DNA of 64,000 bases from Schizochytrium sp. TIO01 (lineage: Eukaryota > Protista > Bigyra: Labyrinthulomycetes): assembly GCA_004764695.1 (NCBI GenBank), contig SMSO01000032.1, forward strand, positions 310,001-374,000. The letters are read 5' to 3'. Position numbers and translations under genes: made by a program. Position 1 is the first letter of the stretch. Every line of letters starts with the position of its first letter. The notes under the pieces are model-generated. The model did no database searches and had not been told where the DNA came from. It was given only the letters and a program-made list of their open reading frames with translations. Positions 63,376 through 64,000 of the stretch are shown here, one piece after another.

Positions 63376-64000
63376 ATGACGACCTCAAACTCGACGTGTA
63401 GTGGCTCTGCGTTCGTATGGGTCGAGGCAAACCAGCTTGCGCCAACATCACTGGACTGGAGTCTCAATGGTAAATACTCGCCAGCATTTAAGCGCGATGT
63501 GCTTAACCTTGTTATTCCTGCAATGACCTTGAGCGGACTCTCCCCTCGTATGTGCAGTGATGCGGCTGTGCTTGCCATTGTTACTCTCGAGAATGGAACC
63601 CAAGTCGAGTACTCCGGTGAATGGTCAGACAGAGAACGCGGTTATATTGTAGCTGCTTTGCCGGGCTCGCCACTTGGTACTGTGGATCTCTACATCGACG
63701 ACCGCTTCATTACGTCGCTCGACTACAACCCAATTGACTCAACACTAAAATTCCACATTATTTACACAATAATCGGTGTGCTTGCCTTAGCGCTTTTCTG
63801 GGTGCTCATGTTTATGGCAATTGACGTAATACGTAGATGGTGTAAGCGTCGTCACCAGCGTAAAGCAGAAGGCTCCTCGCGTATCCGTGCAGCTAAATCT
63901 CTCCACGGAGGAGACGAGGAGGAAGAAGAAGCCGACTCCGTCTCTATCGAACCTGATAGTTCACAACAAGTAGATATGACAAACACAAACTTATTGCGTC
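63376..64000 (+). CDS. membrane protein with N-terminal beta-rich (probably extracytoplasmic) domain and a TM helix; 3'-partial
   Basis: Open frame from ATG 63376 to the window end (208 codons; preceding in-frame stop at 63349-63351). Begins MTTSNSTCSGSAFVWVEANQ..., has N-glycosylation sequons NST and NGT, a TM helix IIYTIIGVLALALFWVLMFMAI (63757-63822), then RRWCKRRHQRK (positive-inside) and acidic DEEEEE. Confidence 0.88.
   Translation, partial: MTTSNSTCSGSAFVWVEANQLAPTSLDWSLNGKYSPAFKRDVLNLVIPAMTLSGLSPRMCSDAAVLAIVTLENGTQVEYSGEWSDRERGYIVAALPGSPLGTVDLYIDDRFITSLDYNPIDSTLKFHIIYTIIGVLALALFWVLMFMAIDVIRRWCKRRHQRKAEGSSRIRAAKSLHGGDEEEEEADSVSIEPDSSQQVDMTNTNLLR

Overview
Eukaryotic nuclear DNA. It is most likely from a thraustochytrid-like stramenopile; this is an inference from the intronless ORFs, the HGGG-type zinc-finger repeats and the intergenic DNA full of tetranucleotide microsatellites. 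Only three protein genes are well supported, and two of them are missing from the supplied ORF track because they run off the window edges. (1) <1-1915 on the minus strand encodes a protein with IQ, IQ, WW, C2H2, RanBP2-like zinc finger, SAP-like and at least 9 MORN repeats. (2) 54234-56015 on the plus strand encodes a 593-aa low-complexity protein with four Cx4Cx9-10Cx2H ('WRKY19-like') zinc fingers; the first resembles the Capicua-L N-terminal finger. (3) 63376->64000 on the plus strand encodes a membrane protein with one visible TM helix. Genes 1 and 2 diverge across a ~52-kb gene desert that holds many microsatellites and an AT-rich core with possible decayed ORFs. The strongest unexplained signal is a 1.9-kb strand-specific ATG-free stretch (52263-54164) upstream of the zinc-finger gene. 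It ends in a nested two-uORF cassette reminiscent of ATF4-type translational control. No rRNA, tRNA, CRISPR array or recognisable transposon was found.
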